The notes below the pieces were generated by a model, which made no database searches, was not told the origin of the DNA, and saw nothing but the letters and a program-made list of their open reading frames with translations. A program made the position numbers and the translations under genes. 64,000 nucleotides of DNA from a virus: IMG/VR virus record IMGVR_UViG_3300005613_000046, positions 8,052 through 72,051 of that record; one strand, given 5' to 3'. Below are positions 55,362 to 64,000 of this stretch, one piece after another. Within the stretch, counting starts at the first letter, position 1, and every line of letters starts with the position of its first letter.

Positions 55362-57437
55362 TTATGTAATCGGAGGTGCCGGATTTAATTTTGGGTTAAG
55401 TAAAAATACAGAACAACATTCACAATTTTCAATTATAGGTGTCATCATCATCAAATTATATGATCCAACCGCATTTTCACATCGTCCTGTTGGGTCGTTT
55501 ATTATTGAATTTGTGGTTGATCCTGTTACCACCTGATTACTTGTAAGGGTTATTGTGTTGGTATATGTATTTGTAGTTTGACTAATTCCAATTGATCCAT
55601 CTGAAGTGCAAGGTCCTGATAATGGTGTAATGTTTAACGTTGTATTTGTTAAAGTCATCGGGCCAATACCACTTATTGTTGTTGTATTATTATATATTGG
55701 TTGTGGTGTTAATGTTGTGGGATAAAAACTAAATGTAGATGTCATTAATAAACTTAATGATATTGTAACTCCACTTGGTAAAGTAGGTGCTGTTATAGAA
55801 AATAATCCAGTAACATAATTAACATTTAAAGTCACAGAATAAATTGTTGGTGAAACATTCCCAACAACGACAGGATTCAGTGTTCCGATCACATTTAAGG
55901 AGTCTTTAACTGAAACTGAATATGTTCCTGGTGTTAAATTATTAAATATCGGTAATGGTTGGTATGTTAGTCCTCCGTCAATAGAATACTCATAAGGTGC
56001 CGTTCCACCAATGGCACTTACGGTAATACTTCCAAAACCTTCACAATACGCATCATTCGGAACCGCAGAAACAGAAATTGTGTATTCGTCTGAACATTCT
56101 CCTGCAACTACAAACATATTTGATATTTCAGGTTCACCATTAATCACCCAATTACTAAGTGGTGGATAAGAAGGATCATTATTTGTAATAGTTAAATAAG
56201 GATTAGAATAACCAGTCATAGTCCACTGACTCGGTGTAGATCCTGTATTCCAATATATAACATATTGTCCTGTTGATGATGACCAACTTGGTTCACCATT
56301 TATTTCATTACTCGGGTCTAATTGAATATTAATTGTATCTATTGGGAACTCAGGGTCACCAGTTTTAATTGTTAAAGTAACACATAAACTCGTATCTTCT
56401 CTGTCGGGTGCTGGAATTGCACATAACCCAACATAAGATTCAACAATCTGATATTGAGTATCTGATCCAATAACCCAATCACCTGTAGTTCCTGACGGAT
56501 AAAAAGTGGTTCCTGTATATGTATTATACGGACTAATATTTTGACAATCTAACGTTTGACAAAAATACCAACTTGATGTTTCGGTATTCCAAAAAACATA
56601 ACCATAAGTTTCACCGGCATATTGAATTTGATAATGTGGTTTTCCATTCTTTAATCCCAAACTTTCGGTTGAGATATAAACAGGGTCTTCACCTGTAATA
56701 CCTGTAATGACAAAACACATTCCAGAGATTGTTAAAGTTTCAGCCGTTAATACACAAGTGGTATTGGCCGTAAAATCATTATAAAAATCTGTTACGGTTG
56801 CTGAATATTCACCAACACCTAAATTGGTTAATGCCGGAGCAAAACTTCCAATTTCCCAAAATATTGTATATGGTGGTGTTCCTCCTGTAATTGATAAAGT
56901 AGCCGCTCCATCAAAAGACTTATCATTAGTTGGGTTTTGAATAATACAATTAACATCCATTGGGAATATTGTAATAACATCGCATTCGTTTGGTGGTTTC
57001 ACCGTTGGTATTGTCGAAGGACATTGGTTGTTTTCACAAATGTCCGTTATTTTAATTGGTATTTGAGCATCTCCATCAAATTGAGGAAATACTTTACTAC
57101 AAATATTATATGTCAGTCCTTCTTGAAGTGTTTCAACAATAATGTTATTCTCACAATCGACATATGTTACGTCAACTTCTTGTGTTGTTGATCTAATGAA
57201 ATAACAATAACATTCACAACTACAAGTTGTTCCTGTATTAATATCAATATTATAAGTTGTCTGACATTCTATTTCACCTAAACTTAAAACATAAAAACAT
57301 GTGTCAGGTGTAATTCCTAAATCAATAATGTTCACAGAAACAAAACTTTCTGAGTATGCACTTAAACCACTATAGTTTGAAACTATGGGTTCGTAACTTC
57401 CGTCACAAGAATAAAGTATGTAGCAGTTTTCAATCAT
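55362..57437 (-). CDS. SprB-repeat, Cys-rich putative fibre/adhesin
   Basis: DGAATLSITGGTPPY and GSITVSAIGGTAPYEYSIDG..NLTPGTYSVSVKD repeats. Confidence 0.7.
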   Translation of the reverse strand: MIENCYILYSCDGSYEPIVSNYSGLSAYSESFVSVNIIDLGITPDTCFYVLSLGEIECQTTYNIDINTGTTCSCECYCYFIRSTTQEVDVTYVDCENNIIVETLQEGLTYNICSKVFPQFDGDAQIPIKITDICENNQCPSTIPTVKPPNECDVITIFPMDVNCIIQNPTNDKSFDGAATLSITGGTPPYTIFWEIGSFAPALTNLGVGEYSATVTDFYNDFTANTTCVLTAETLTISGMCFVITGITGEDPVYISTESLGLKNGKPHYQIQYAGETYGYVFWNTETSSWYFCQTLDCQNISPYNTYTGTTFYPSGTTGDWVIGSDTQYQIVESYVGLCAIPAPDREDTSLCVTLTIKTGDPEFPIDTINIQLDPSNEINGEPSWSSSTGQYVIYWNTGSTPSQWTMTGYSNPYLTITNNDPSYPPLSNWVINGEPEISNMFVVAGECSDEYTISVSAVPNDAYCEGFGSITVSAIGGTAPYEYSIDGGLTYQPLPIFNNLTPGTYSVSVKDSLNVIGTLNPVVVGNVSPTIYSVTLNVNYVTGLFSITAPTLPSGVTISLSLLMTSTFSFYPTTLTPQPIYNNTTTISGIGPMTLTNTTLNITPLSGPCTSDGSIGISQTTNTYTNTITLTSNQVVTGSTTNSIINDPTGRCENAVGSYNLMMMTPIIENCECCSVFLLNPKLNPAPPIT

Positions 57438-57453
57438 ATATTACTATAAATAA

Positions 57454-58431
57454 TCAAATATCATATTTTTGAATATAAGATCTCATATTATCGATGTATT
57501 TAATCGTTGATCCATTTTTTTCAACATAATCAAAATGACTTGGGTCGTTTTTTAATTTTTCAATTGGGTCTATATTAATATAATCACCTTTATAAAATTT
57601 TGTAGTTTTTAGATCATCAGTCACTCCTGCCATATGTAATATTGGTTTTGAGTTATATATTTCAATCGTGTCGGTTGCCCATGAAAAATCTAAATCTTTA
57701 ACAATTTTGGTTTCAATTCCATATAACCACAAATTCCATAACACAGACCACATTTCTGCCGTCCAAAACTGAATCTGACCATGACTTATGGGAAATTTTC
57801 TTTGATACTCGAACATTTTATTATATAATGTTGTTGAATCTTTGTATATCTTATCCCACAATTCACAAGTTGTGTTCTTAATAAGATATTGACCTCCTCC
57901 TGAATTTACTTGATTTTCTTTTACAACATCAACATCAACACCAATTACGTTCGCCATTTCGTTAATTAATTCACCTTTACTCGAATTGGGGTGTTGAGTT
58001 TCATAACGATTACAACAATCCATAATATAGTCATAACCAATATACCCAACCGTATCGGACAAATATGTTATATCATCAGTTATCAAACTATCGAAATTTG
58101 GTAATTCTCTAAACATAATATCCGCATCGTGTAAAAAAAATAACTCACCAAAAGTGGGGTTATGTTGCAACCATTTAGATATTAAATATGGTTTTATTGA
58201 GGGAATATAATTTTTTTTAACTCTTTGATCTGAATAATGATGAACATTAATTCCAAACTCTTTTAGTTTTAAAGATTCGATAGATGGTTCGTTAGTGTTA
58301 ACCATACCTAAAACCACATGTATTTGACTTGGTTCTATTCCTTTTTCTATGAAATTATGAACGTATAGTTTTATTTGCCAAATAAAATATGGAACGTCAG
58401 GTTGTGCTGAAACAAAAAGAATTTCTTTCAT
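57454..58431 (-). CDS. GT-A glycosyltransferase resembling plant HPAT/SGT1 (GT95/GT96) peptide O-glycosyltransferases
   Basis: YFIWQ, YIPSIKPYLISKWL, DAD (DxD), WTAEMW and ILHMAG motifs. Confidence 0.65.
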   Translation of the reverse strand: MKEILFVSAQPDVPYFIWQIKLYVHNFIEKGIEPSQIHVVLGMVNTNEPSIESLKLKEFGINVHHYSDQRVKKNYIPSIKPYLISKWLQHNPTFGELFFLHDADIMFRELPNFDSLITDDITYLSDTVGYIGYDYIMDCCNRYETQHPNSSKGELINEMANVIGVDVDVVKENQVNSGGGQYLIKNTTCELWDKIYKDSTTLYNKMFEYQRKFPISHGQIQFWTAEMWSVLWNLWLYGIETKIVKDLDFSWATDTIEIYNSKPILHMAGVTDDLKTTKFYKGDYINIDPIEKLKNDPSHFDYVEKNGSTIKYIDNMRSYIQKYDI

Positions 58432-58469
58432 ATTAAAATTATAATATGAAAGTTATAGTATAAATAAAG

Positions 58470-59684
58470 TTATAGATAGTATAAAACCTCAGCGGTTCCT
58501 AAAAATGTTGCATTAGCACCTAATGGTGTTAAACAAACCCACATTTCATCTAATGTCCCGTTAATATTAGAACCAACTCTTATTTGATTATCATCAATTT
58601 GTAATGTGGTTAAAGCCGATGTCCCAGCCTCACCAATTAAATTAGACATTATATGTCCCGAAGATGTAACCGTTGTTGTTCCTGTCTCTAATGCATATTG
58701 AAAAGGTGAATTTGGTATATCAACCCATGTTGGTGTTGCAGATAAAGTTGGGTTAAATTCTATGGTTGCAAGATAATCATCATTTGAGGTATTTAGAAGA
58801 GATAAAGAATTATATTGTGATGTTACACCAATGTATGATTGTTTCAATCTATAACCAATAAAAGGATATTTAGTTCCCGATGTTGTTAAAGTTACGGTAT
58901 TAGTTTGTTGTATTCCAACCGTCGAATATAATCCGTTTAAAGCTCCTTCCGAAGAAAATTGTGAACAAATCATATCAAAATATCCCGAACCACTTCCTGA
59001 TTGTCTTATTTCATACCTTATAGGTTGATTAGGTGAAGACATATAAACATTTGGTTCATTATTAGCACAATTATGTTCGGCAAAATAAATTAATTGTCCT
59101 GCGATATCCAAACCGAATCTCAATCTACCAACGCCTAACCATTGATAATCAACTGACATCAAATTAGTATTAGACCAATCTAATGAAGTTGGGTCAAATT
59201 CATTATCGTTCCAAGTTGTTGTTGACGCACTAAATATTGTTGTTCCTGATCTCCATATTTGAAAACTTATATCATTAGTAATACCATTACTTTCTAAAAA
59301 GAATCCGTCAAAAACTGAATTATATGTTGAGGCGGTTGTTGAGGTAAATCCACCAACCCTTTTTATAACATTTGTTTCAATTGCCAAATTAGAGAAACTT
59401 GCCTGAAATAATTGACTTTTCCCTGGTTGATATATTGGATGTGTTTTTGTTTGTCTAATAACTAAATCATTGTTGGCAGATGTTGACATACGAACTCTAG
59501 CATATTCCTTTTGAAATACTGATGTTGCAGTTCCTGCTGTAACTTCATTTACTTGTAATGGATTTTTATCGTAGACGTGTTTTATATCCAAAAGATTTGT
59601 TACTGCCGCGGTTCTTAATCTACCAAAAGCATCCAAATTAGGACTATCAGAATATTTTACTGCATTATTAAATATGTAACTCAT
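58470..59684 (-). CDS. Putative virion structural protein (DAFGRLR family, lectin-like beta sandwich)
   Basis: DAFGRLR, YQPGKS, YQWLGVGRLRFG and PNQPIRYEI motifs. Confidence 0.7.
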   Translation of the reverse strand: MSYIFNNAVKYSDSPNLDAFGRLRTAAVTNLLDIKHVYDKNPLQVNEVTAGTATSVFQKEYARVRMSTSANNDLVIRQTKTHPIYQPGKSQLFQASFSNLAIETNVIKRVGGFTSTTASTYNSVFDGFFLESNGITNDISFQIWRSGTTIFSASTTTWNDNEFDPTSLDWSNTNLMSVDYQWLGVGRLRFGLDIAGQLIYFAEHNCANNEPNVYMSSPNQPIRYEIRQSGSGSGYFDMICSQFSSEGALNGLYSTVGIQQTNTVTLTTSGTKYPFIGYRLKQSYIGVTSQYNSLSLLNTSNDDYLATIEFNPTLSATPTWVDIPNSPFQYALETGTTTVTSSGHIMSNLIGEAGTSALTTLQIDDNQIRVGSNINGTLDEMWVCLTPLGANATFLGTAEVLYYL

Positions 59685-59691
59685 AATTTTA

Positions 59692-60414
59692 TTATATTAT
59701 CCACCAATTATTGTTTCTGGCAATTATTGTTAAAGACATAAAATTTGTATTCATATCAACAAAAGAATTACCATCTATTAAATTTAATGAGGATAGTAGT
59801 CTTATTCTATAAGTTCCACTATTACCTCCTTCATCCTTAATTATTAAAAAATTTCCGTCTAAACCCGTTGCATCAGGAAGTGTTAAATCAACATCACCAC
59901 TATAATTAACACCATAATACGTATAATTTATATCTAAGGTTGAGCTAGATGTTGTTATACCTAAAGTGGTATATGTTTGTATATCCGATAATAAAGCAAC
60001 CGTGCCACTATTATCAGGAAATAATATCACTCTATTTGATGTTAATGGGTTGGTATTAATGTTATTACTATACCCGGCATATTTAAAAATAATATTATCA
60101 CCTTCACTCATTATAATATCATTACCATTACTGGTATTTCCATTTACTAAAACTTGTTGTAAAGTATTACCTGTAGTAAACCCGATCACATCAAAAGTTC
60201 CACCAGTAGTATTGGTAAAGGTTGCTTTCCCTGTGATATTATTATAAGTTCCTCCTGTAACAAAAATATCGGTATATGATTCAAAAACTTGTTGTATTGA
60301 TGCCTTAAAAGACGAACCCGCAGGATTTTGACTTGTGTCTCCTGTTATGACTACGTGTATTAAATCATTTAATGTAACACCAGTTGCAAATGTTTGATCC
60401 GTTAATAAAGACAT
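59692..60414 (-). CDS. Tail-fibre-like protein
   Basis: VTGGTY, TLQQVLVNGN, PDNSGTVALLSD and TLPDA..IKDEGG modules; ATATTTAT at 60425-60432. Confidence 0.65.
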   Translation of the reverse strand: MSLLTDQTFATGVTLNDLIHVVITGDTSQNPAGSSFKASIQQVFESYTDIFVTGGTYNNITGKATFTNTTGGTFDVIGFTTGNTLQQVLVNGNTSNGNDIIMSEGDNIIFKYAGYSNNINTNPLTSNRVILFPDNSGTVALLSDIQTYTTLGITTSSSTLDINYTYYGVNYSGDVDLTLPDATGLDGNFLIIKDEGGNSGTYRIRLLSSLNLIDGNSFVDMNTNFMSLTIIARNNNWWII

Positions 60415-60436
60415 TTTTTATTTTATAAATATCTAA

Positions 60437-60742
60437 TTATTGGAAATCATATTGATCTCCTGACATGAAAAAGAAATAATCAAATGTTTGGAATTGTTTT
60501 TTTGTTGAGAAGTCTTCGCCAGGTTGGCAATAAATGATTTCAGAAACTTCACAACCAACACTATCAATAATTTTAAGAAGTAGTGCTGGTGCCGTATCAA
60601 ATTGAGGAGTTAAGGTAAATAAATACGGGAATGAAGTTCCACTTCCAACATATTGACATTGATTACCGTAAACATCACAAGCAATCCCACTAAAAGGTGG
60701 TGTTACGTTATTTGCCGATATAACATAAACTTGACTTGCCAT
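60437..60742 (-). CDS. Small Cys-containing structural protein
   Basis: Paralogous pattern to 50416-50634. Confidence 0.65.
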   Translation of the reverse strand: MASQVYVISANNVTPPFSGIACDVYGNQCQYVGSGTSFPYLFTLTPQFDTAPALLLKIIDSVGCEVSEIIYCQPGEDFSTKKQFQTFDYFFFMSGDQYDFQ

Positions 60743-62929
60743 TTAACTACAACTTACACAAGATATGTCATAATCAATTAAAAGTTTAACAATTATTTCA
60801 TTATCTTGAAGGGGATTTATTGGAACTATTTCACATCCTTTTGGTATGTCTTCACAAGTTGTTGTAATAGTAATTCTATTTGAGATTATATCTACGGTGG
60901 TTCCTGATATACCTAAGAAATTATCTAACGTTTCAACAATTGTTTGAGACCACAATGTATCACTTGGATAATCTGTAGATCCACTTGAGGTATAAAACTC
61001 AGTTTGTGCTGATTGTGATCCAATTTGAGCATATATTGAAAAAGTTGCTTCATTAATAATACAATTAGTATCACCACTTGTTAAATCACTAAACCCTTCT
61101 AAATACATGGATCTCATACCTCTTTTTGTGATTAATCCAGAATCTCTGAACGTATCGTCACAAACGGTATAATATCTATAATCAATATATTTTTTTGTTC
61201 CCGTCAATGTAACTGATTTTGTTAATGTGCAACCACTAGCATCGGTTACTGATAAACTATATGTCCCTGCAGTTAAACCAGTTACTGTTGTTCCTGTTTG
61301 TCCGTTAACGTTACTACTCCAATTTAAAGTGAACGGTGGTTCACCTGATGTGATATATGTTGTAATCGACCCATCATTTCCAACAACAGGTTGTGATGAT
61401 ATTAAATTAAAAAACATATTTTGACTATTGTCAATATACACACTATAAGTTTGAACGCAGCTTGGTGATCCTGAGTCTTGAACTGTTAATGTGTAATTTC
61501 CATATGCTAAATTCGTAAATGTCGAAACAAATGATGTTGTGGTAACTGGCGCGTATGTCGGTCCAACTAATGTAAAGATATAAGGTAAAGTCCCCCCCGT
61601 TGATACATTAACTTGTAAAACACCATTACTAGTTCCACAAGTTGTTCCTGTGGTTGATGCTGTTACTGAATATAGATCAACAGAAGTTATTGTGGTTGAT
61701 GCCGTATAAGTGCAACTTGTCGATTCTACGGTTACAATGTATGTTCCGTTTGGAAGTCCAACAAAAGTTTGTGAAGGATTTCCTAATGTTCCAATTTGTT
61801 GTGTTCCACTTGTTCCTGAAACTGATATTATTAAACTTGGTTCTGAGCTAAGTCCATTATCAACAACCACTTGAATTGTTCCATCGTTTTGCGAACAAAA
61901 AGAAGGTGTTGTATTTACAGCAACCGTTGAGAACGAGTTTGGCGTTAACATCGTAACCGAATCGTATATGGTGCAAAGTCCCGCATCTGTTACCAAAAAT
62001 GAATAATTGCCCGACGATAAACCTGTAAAGGTTACTGAAGATGCAAATGTAACATCAACTTGACCTGACGATCCACTAAAGAAATATGGCGGAGTTCCTC
62101 CCGTGACAATAAATTCAACCTCACCATCGTTACTAAAACAAGTTGGTTGAAATATTGTAATAAAACCTCCTGAACCTAATGGGTCTACAGTTTGAACTGT
62201 AAATGATTGTGTGTTTGAGCAACTATTTGGATCTGTCACTGTCACAACATAAGTTCCGCTAGTTAAACCTGTTACTGTGGTTCCTGTTTGTCCTCCAACA
62301 TTTAAAGACCAATTTATAGTATATGCCGAACTCGGTAATGTTAAACCAGTTAAAAATATTTTACCACTACCAACACCATTACAACTAGCGTCATCAACAA
62401 CATACCCACCGAAGGTAAAACCTGTCGATGGTGTTATGATTACTGATGCGGTAATTCCTGTGCAACCACCACCATCGTCAGCGACTATATAATAAGTTCC
62501 TGCAGATAACGTGGTAAATACATTATAATTATTTGGTGTGGCGGCTGATGTTATATAATTGTTTGATCCATCATAAAGAGTAAATGTTGCCTGATTGTAT
62601 ACACCACTAGTATACCCTGTAATAACACCATTTTCGAATCCACAAGTTGTGTTTAGAGAATCGATCGATGCCGTTGTCCCTGATGATATATAAACCGCCT
62701 GAACATATGAGTTTGACGCTCCGTCAACAATTTGAAGAAAGTATGTATCGGCAGTTAAACTTGTTGCTGAATACGATGTTGTTGCTGCCGATGTTGGTAA
62801 AGGGCAACCTGAAGAAATACAATTAACCGCAAATGGTGGTGTAGTTCCTGTGATGTCAAAATATACCTCACCTGAACCTGTATTACTACAATCACCAGTT
62901 ACGCTATAATTATAAATTACTATACTCAT
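60743..62929 (-). CDS. SprB-repeat protein, putative fibre/adhesin
   Basis: About seven C..DG.I..GG.PPY..GL..GTY.VTVTD..C repeats. Confidence 0.8.
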   Translation of the reverse strand: MSIVIYNYSVTGDCSNTGSGEVYFDITGTTPPFAVNCISSGCPLPTSAATTSYSATSLTADTYFLQIVDGASNSYVQAVYISSGTTASIDSLNTTCGFENGVITGYTSGVYNQATFTLYDGSNNYITSAATPNNYNVFTTLSAGTYYIVADDGGGCTGITASVIITPSTGFTFGGYVVDDASCNGVGSGKIFLTGLTLPSSAYTINWSLNVGGQTGTTVTGLTSGTYVVTVTDPNSCSNTQSFTVQTVDPLGSGGFITIFQPTCFSNDGEVEFIVTGGTPPYFFSGSSGQVDVTFASSVTFTGLSSGNYSFLVTDAGLCTIYDSVTMLTPNSFSTVAVNTTPSFCSQNDGTIQVVVDNGLSSEPSLIISVSGTSGTQQIGTLGNPSQTFVGLPNGTYIVTVESTSCTYTASTTITSVDLYSVTASTTGTTCGTSNGVLQVNVSTGGTLPYIFTLVGPTYAPVTTTSFVSTFTNLAYGNYTLTVQDSGSPSCVQTYSVYIDNSQNMFFNLISSQPVVGNDGSITTYITSGEPPFTLNWSSNVNGQTGTTVTGLTAGTYSLSVTDASGCTLTKSVTLTGTKKYIDYRYYTVCDDTFRDSGLITKRGMRSMYLEGFSDLTSGDTNCIINEATFSIYAQIGSQSAQTEFYTSSGSTDYPSDTLWSQTIVETLDNFLGISGTTVDIISNRITITTTCEDIPKGCEIVPINPLQDNEIIVKLLIDYDISCVSCS

Positions 62930-64000
62930 TATCCGTTACAATATATTTCAAAATTTAATCCCACATTTAATTGGAAGTCATCGAAGTTTGGTAAACAATT
63001 GTTATTAAAGACAACAAGTTCGTTTGTATCTTCATCAATATTATAACCATACCCACTTGTTTGTAAACCATCCAAAGCGTCTCTTAGTCCGTCTAACCAT
63101 TCGGTTGATGTTGGGTATCCAGACGTTCCAATTCCCGTGAAGAATTGATATTGTGTAATCAAAACTCCGTTTATTCTTATATCAACATACCAATTAGAAA
63201 CTGTCGAGTTTAGTTGACAATTACCCGGATTTATTGATTGAGAAATAAAATAGTCTTGTAATGTTTGATTTAACACAACACCAAATGATGTAGTATTTGG
63301 ATCTGAAGTCCACGGATATAAACCACATGTTACTTGTTGAACAGGACAATCGTAAACATAAAGTTGAGTTGTTAAACTACAAGGTTTACAAGGTATTGGT
63401 AAGAACTTACAACCTTCTTGTCTTCTCCACACAAACTTTTGTCTGTGGAATATTGAGTTTTCCAATCTGACCCCCGTATTCCAAATTGTGGTTGCAGGAA
63501 CCATTTGTTCTATTAATCTAATCCAATAATCACCCATACCATTAACAAAATCTATCATTGTTTGATATGTGTAATTGTTGTTTGAAACTCCGGCCAATTT
63601 TTGTGATTCTAAATATCTCCAATAAATTGATTGTAGTGTTGGGTAACCTCCCGTTTTTCCATCAGTAATAAATTGTCGATTTCGAGTATTGATCATGTTT
63701 CTCCAAAAAGTTTGAGCAAACTCAAAAAATGTTTTTTGTTTTGGTTTTGGAACTATTGTTGTCCAATCTATACCCCCTAATCGAGGATAAGGATTTATTA
63801 CTTGACAAGGTGAAGGTGGTGTATAAAATAACCCCTGTTCAGGAATTGGGAAATTAAATTCTCGAGACATAAACCAAACATCATAAGCTAAACCTTGAGC
63901 TGGATTCATCATAATGTCGACATTTTTAACATTTAACGCCAAACATTCTTCACCAATATTGTAATATGCGTTAAAACCTCCTTCAAAACTTGTTCTTAAA
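62929..64000 (-). CDS. Large structural (baseplate-like) protein; partial, begins beyond the right edge
   Basis: The frame stays open from 63942 to the window end (LRTSFEGGFNAYY...); WIRLIEQMVPATT..ENSIFHRQKF. Confidence 0.65.
   Translation of the reverse strand, partial: LRTSFEGGFNAYYNIGEECLALNVKNVDIMMNPAQGLAYDVWFMSREFNFPIPEQGLFYTPPSPCQVINPYPRLGGIDWTTIVPKPKQKTFFEFAQTFWRNMINTRNRQFITDGKTGGYPTLQSIYWRYLESQKLAGVSNNNYTYQTMIDFVNGMGDYWIRLIEQMVPATTIWNTGVRLENSIFHRQKFVWRRQEGCKFLPIPCKPCSLTTQLYVYDCPVQQVTCGLYPWTSDPNTTSFGVVLNQTLQDYFISQSINPGNCQLNSTVSNWYVDIRINGVLITQYQFFTGIGTSGYPTSTEWLDGLRDALDGLQTSGYGYNIDEDTNELVVFNNNCLPNFDDFQLNVGLNFEIYCNG

Noticed and set aside
1165-62492. Many short opposite-strand or nested ORFs in the track (e.g. 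1165-1407, 4098-4334, 34167-34553, 45323-45748, 59966-60247)
   Set aside because: They are shadows of longer motif-bearing genes, with Ser/Phe/Ile-biased antisense composition
1-64000. Stop-codon reassignment
   Set aside because: Long conserved genes are intact in code 11, and TAA, TAG and TGA all terminate genes at sensible positions
1-64000. Bacterial chromosome, prophage or eukaryotic giant virus origin
   Set aside because: No housekeeping operons, integrase or att site; gp46/47-like genes, primase, a bacterial sigma, bacterial promoters and terminators, and tail-type genes indicate a large lytic bacteriophage
1-64000. tRNA or rRNA genes
   Set aside because: No cloverleaf with a T-loop GTTCRA in any intergenic gap that I could see; tRNAscan-SE would confirm

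Overview
This window looks like part of a very AT-rich, gene-dense lytic jumbo-type tailed phage genome, coded mostly on the minus strand in the standard genetic code. The host is inferred to be Bacteroidota from host-type TTTG-N19/20-TAnnTTTG promoters, a Bacteroidota-type RpoD lacking region 1.1, a T9SS-cargo-like protein, SprB repeats, GlnII, and Hc1- and DUF6576-like proteins. Contents, left to right: (1) a partial secreted Ig-repeat protein missing from the ORF track, RlpA, a kinase/phosphoesterase pair, Nudix, a DNA methylase, glutamine synthetase II and redoxins; (2) many unrelated proteins sharing short N-terminal leaders (MKIIITExQ, xESExxRIL, LNEE), mostly behind a recurring ATATTTAT motif; (3) a LAGLIDADG cassette beside a Dam-family methylase, DnaJ and an Hc1-like protein; (4) a putative head-scaffold and lysis region; (5) a sigma factor followed by a self-contained ~190-nt structured RNA candidate; (6) an R-M-like helicase plus two methylases; (7) Rad50/Mre11, exonuclease, primase and RuvC; (8) a Cys-rich, SprB/PT-repeat structural module enclosing a plant HPAT/SGT-like glycosyltransferase. 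Best leads: possible virion O-glycosylation, the four-way-junction ncRNA, a shared capsid-loading leader on eukaryote-like cargo (annexin, LRR, zincin), and two alveolin-repeat proteins. All family calls come from recognising motifs by eye; no searches were run.
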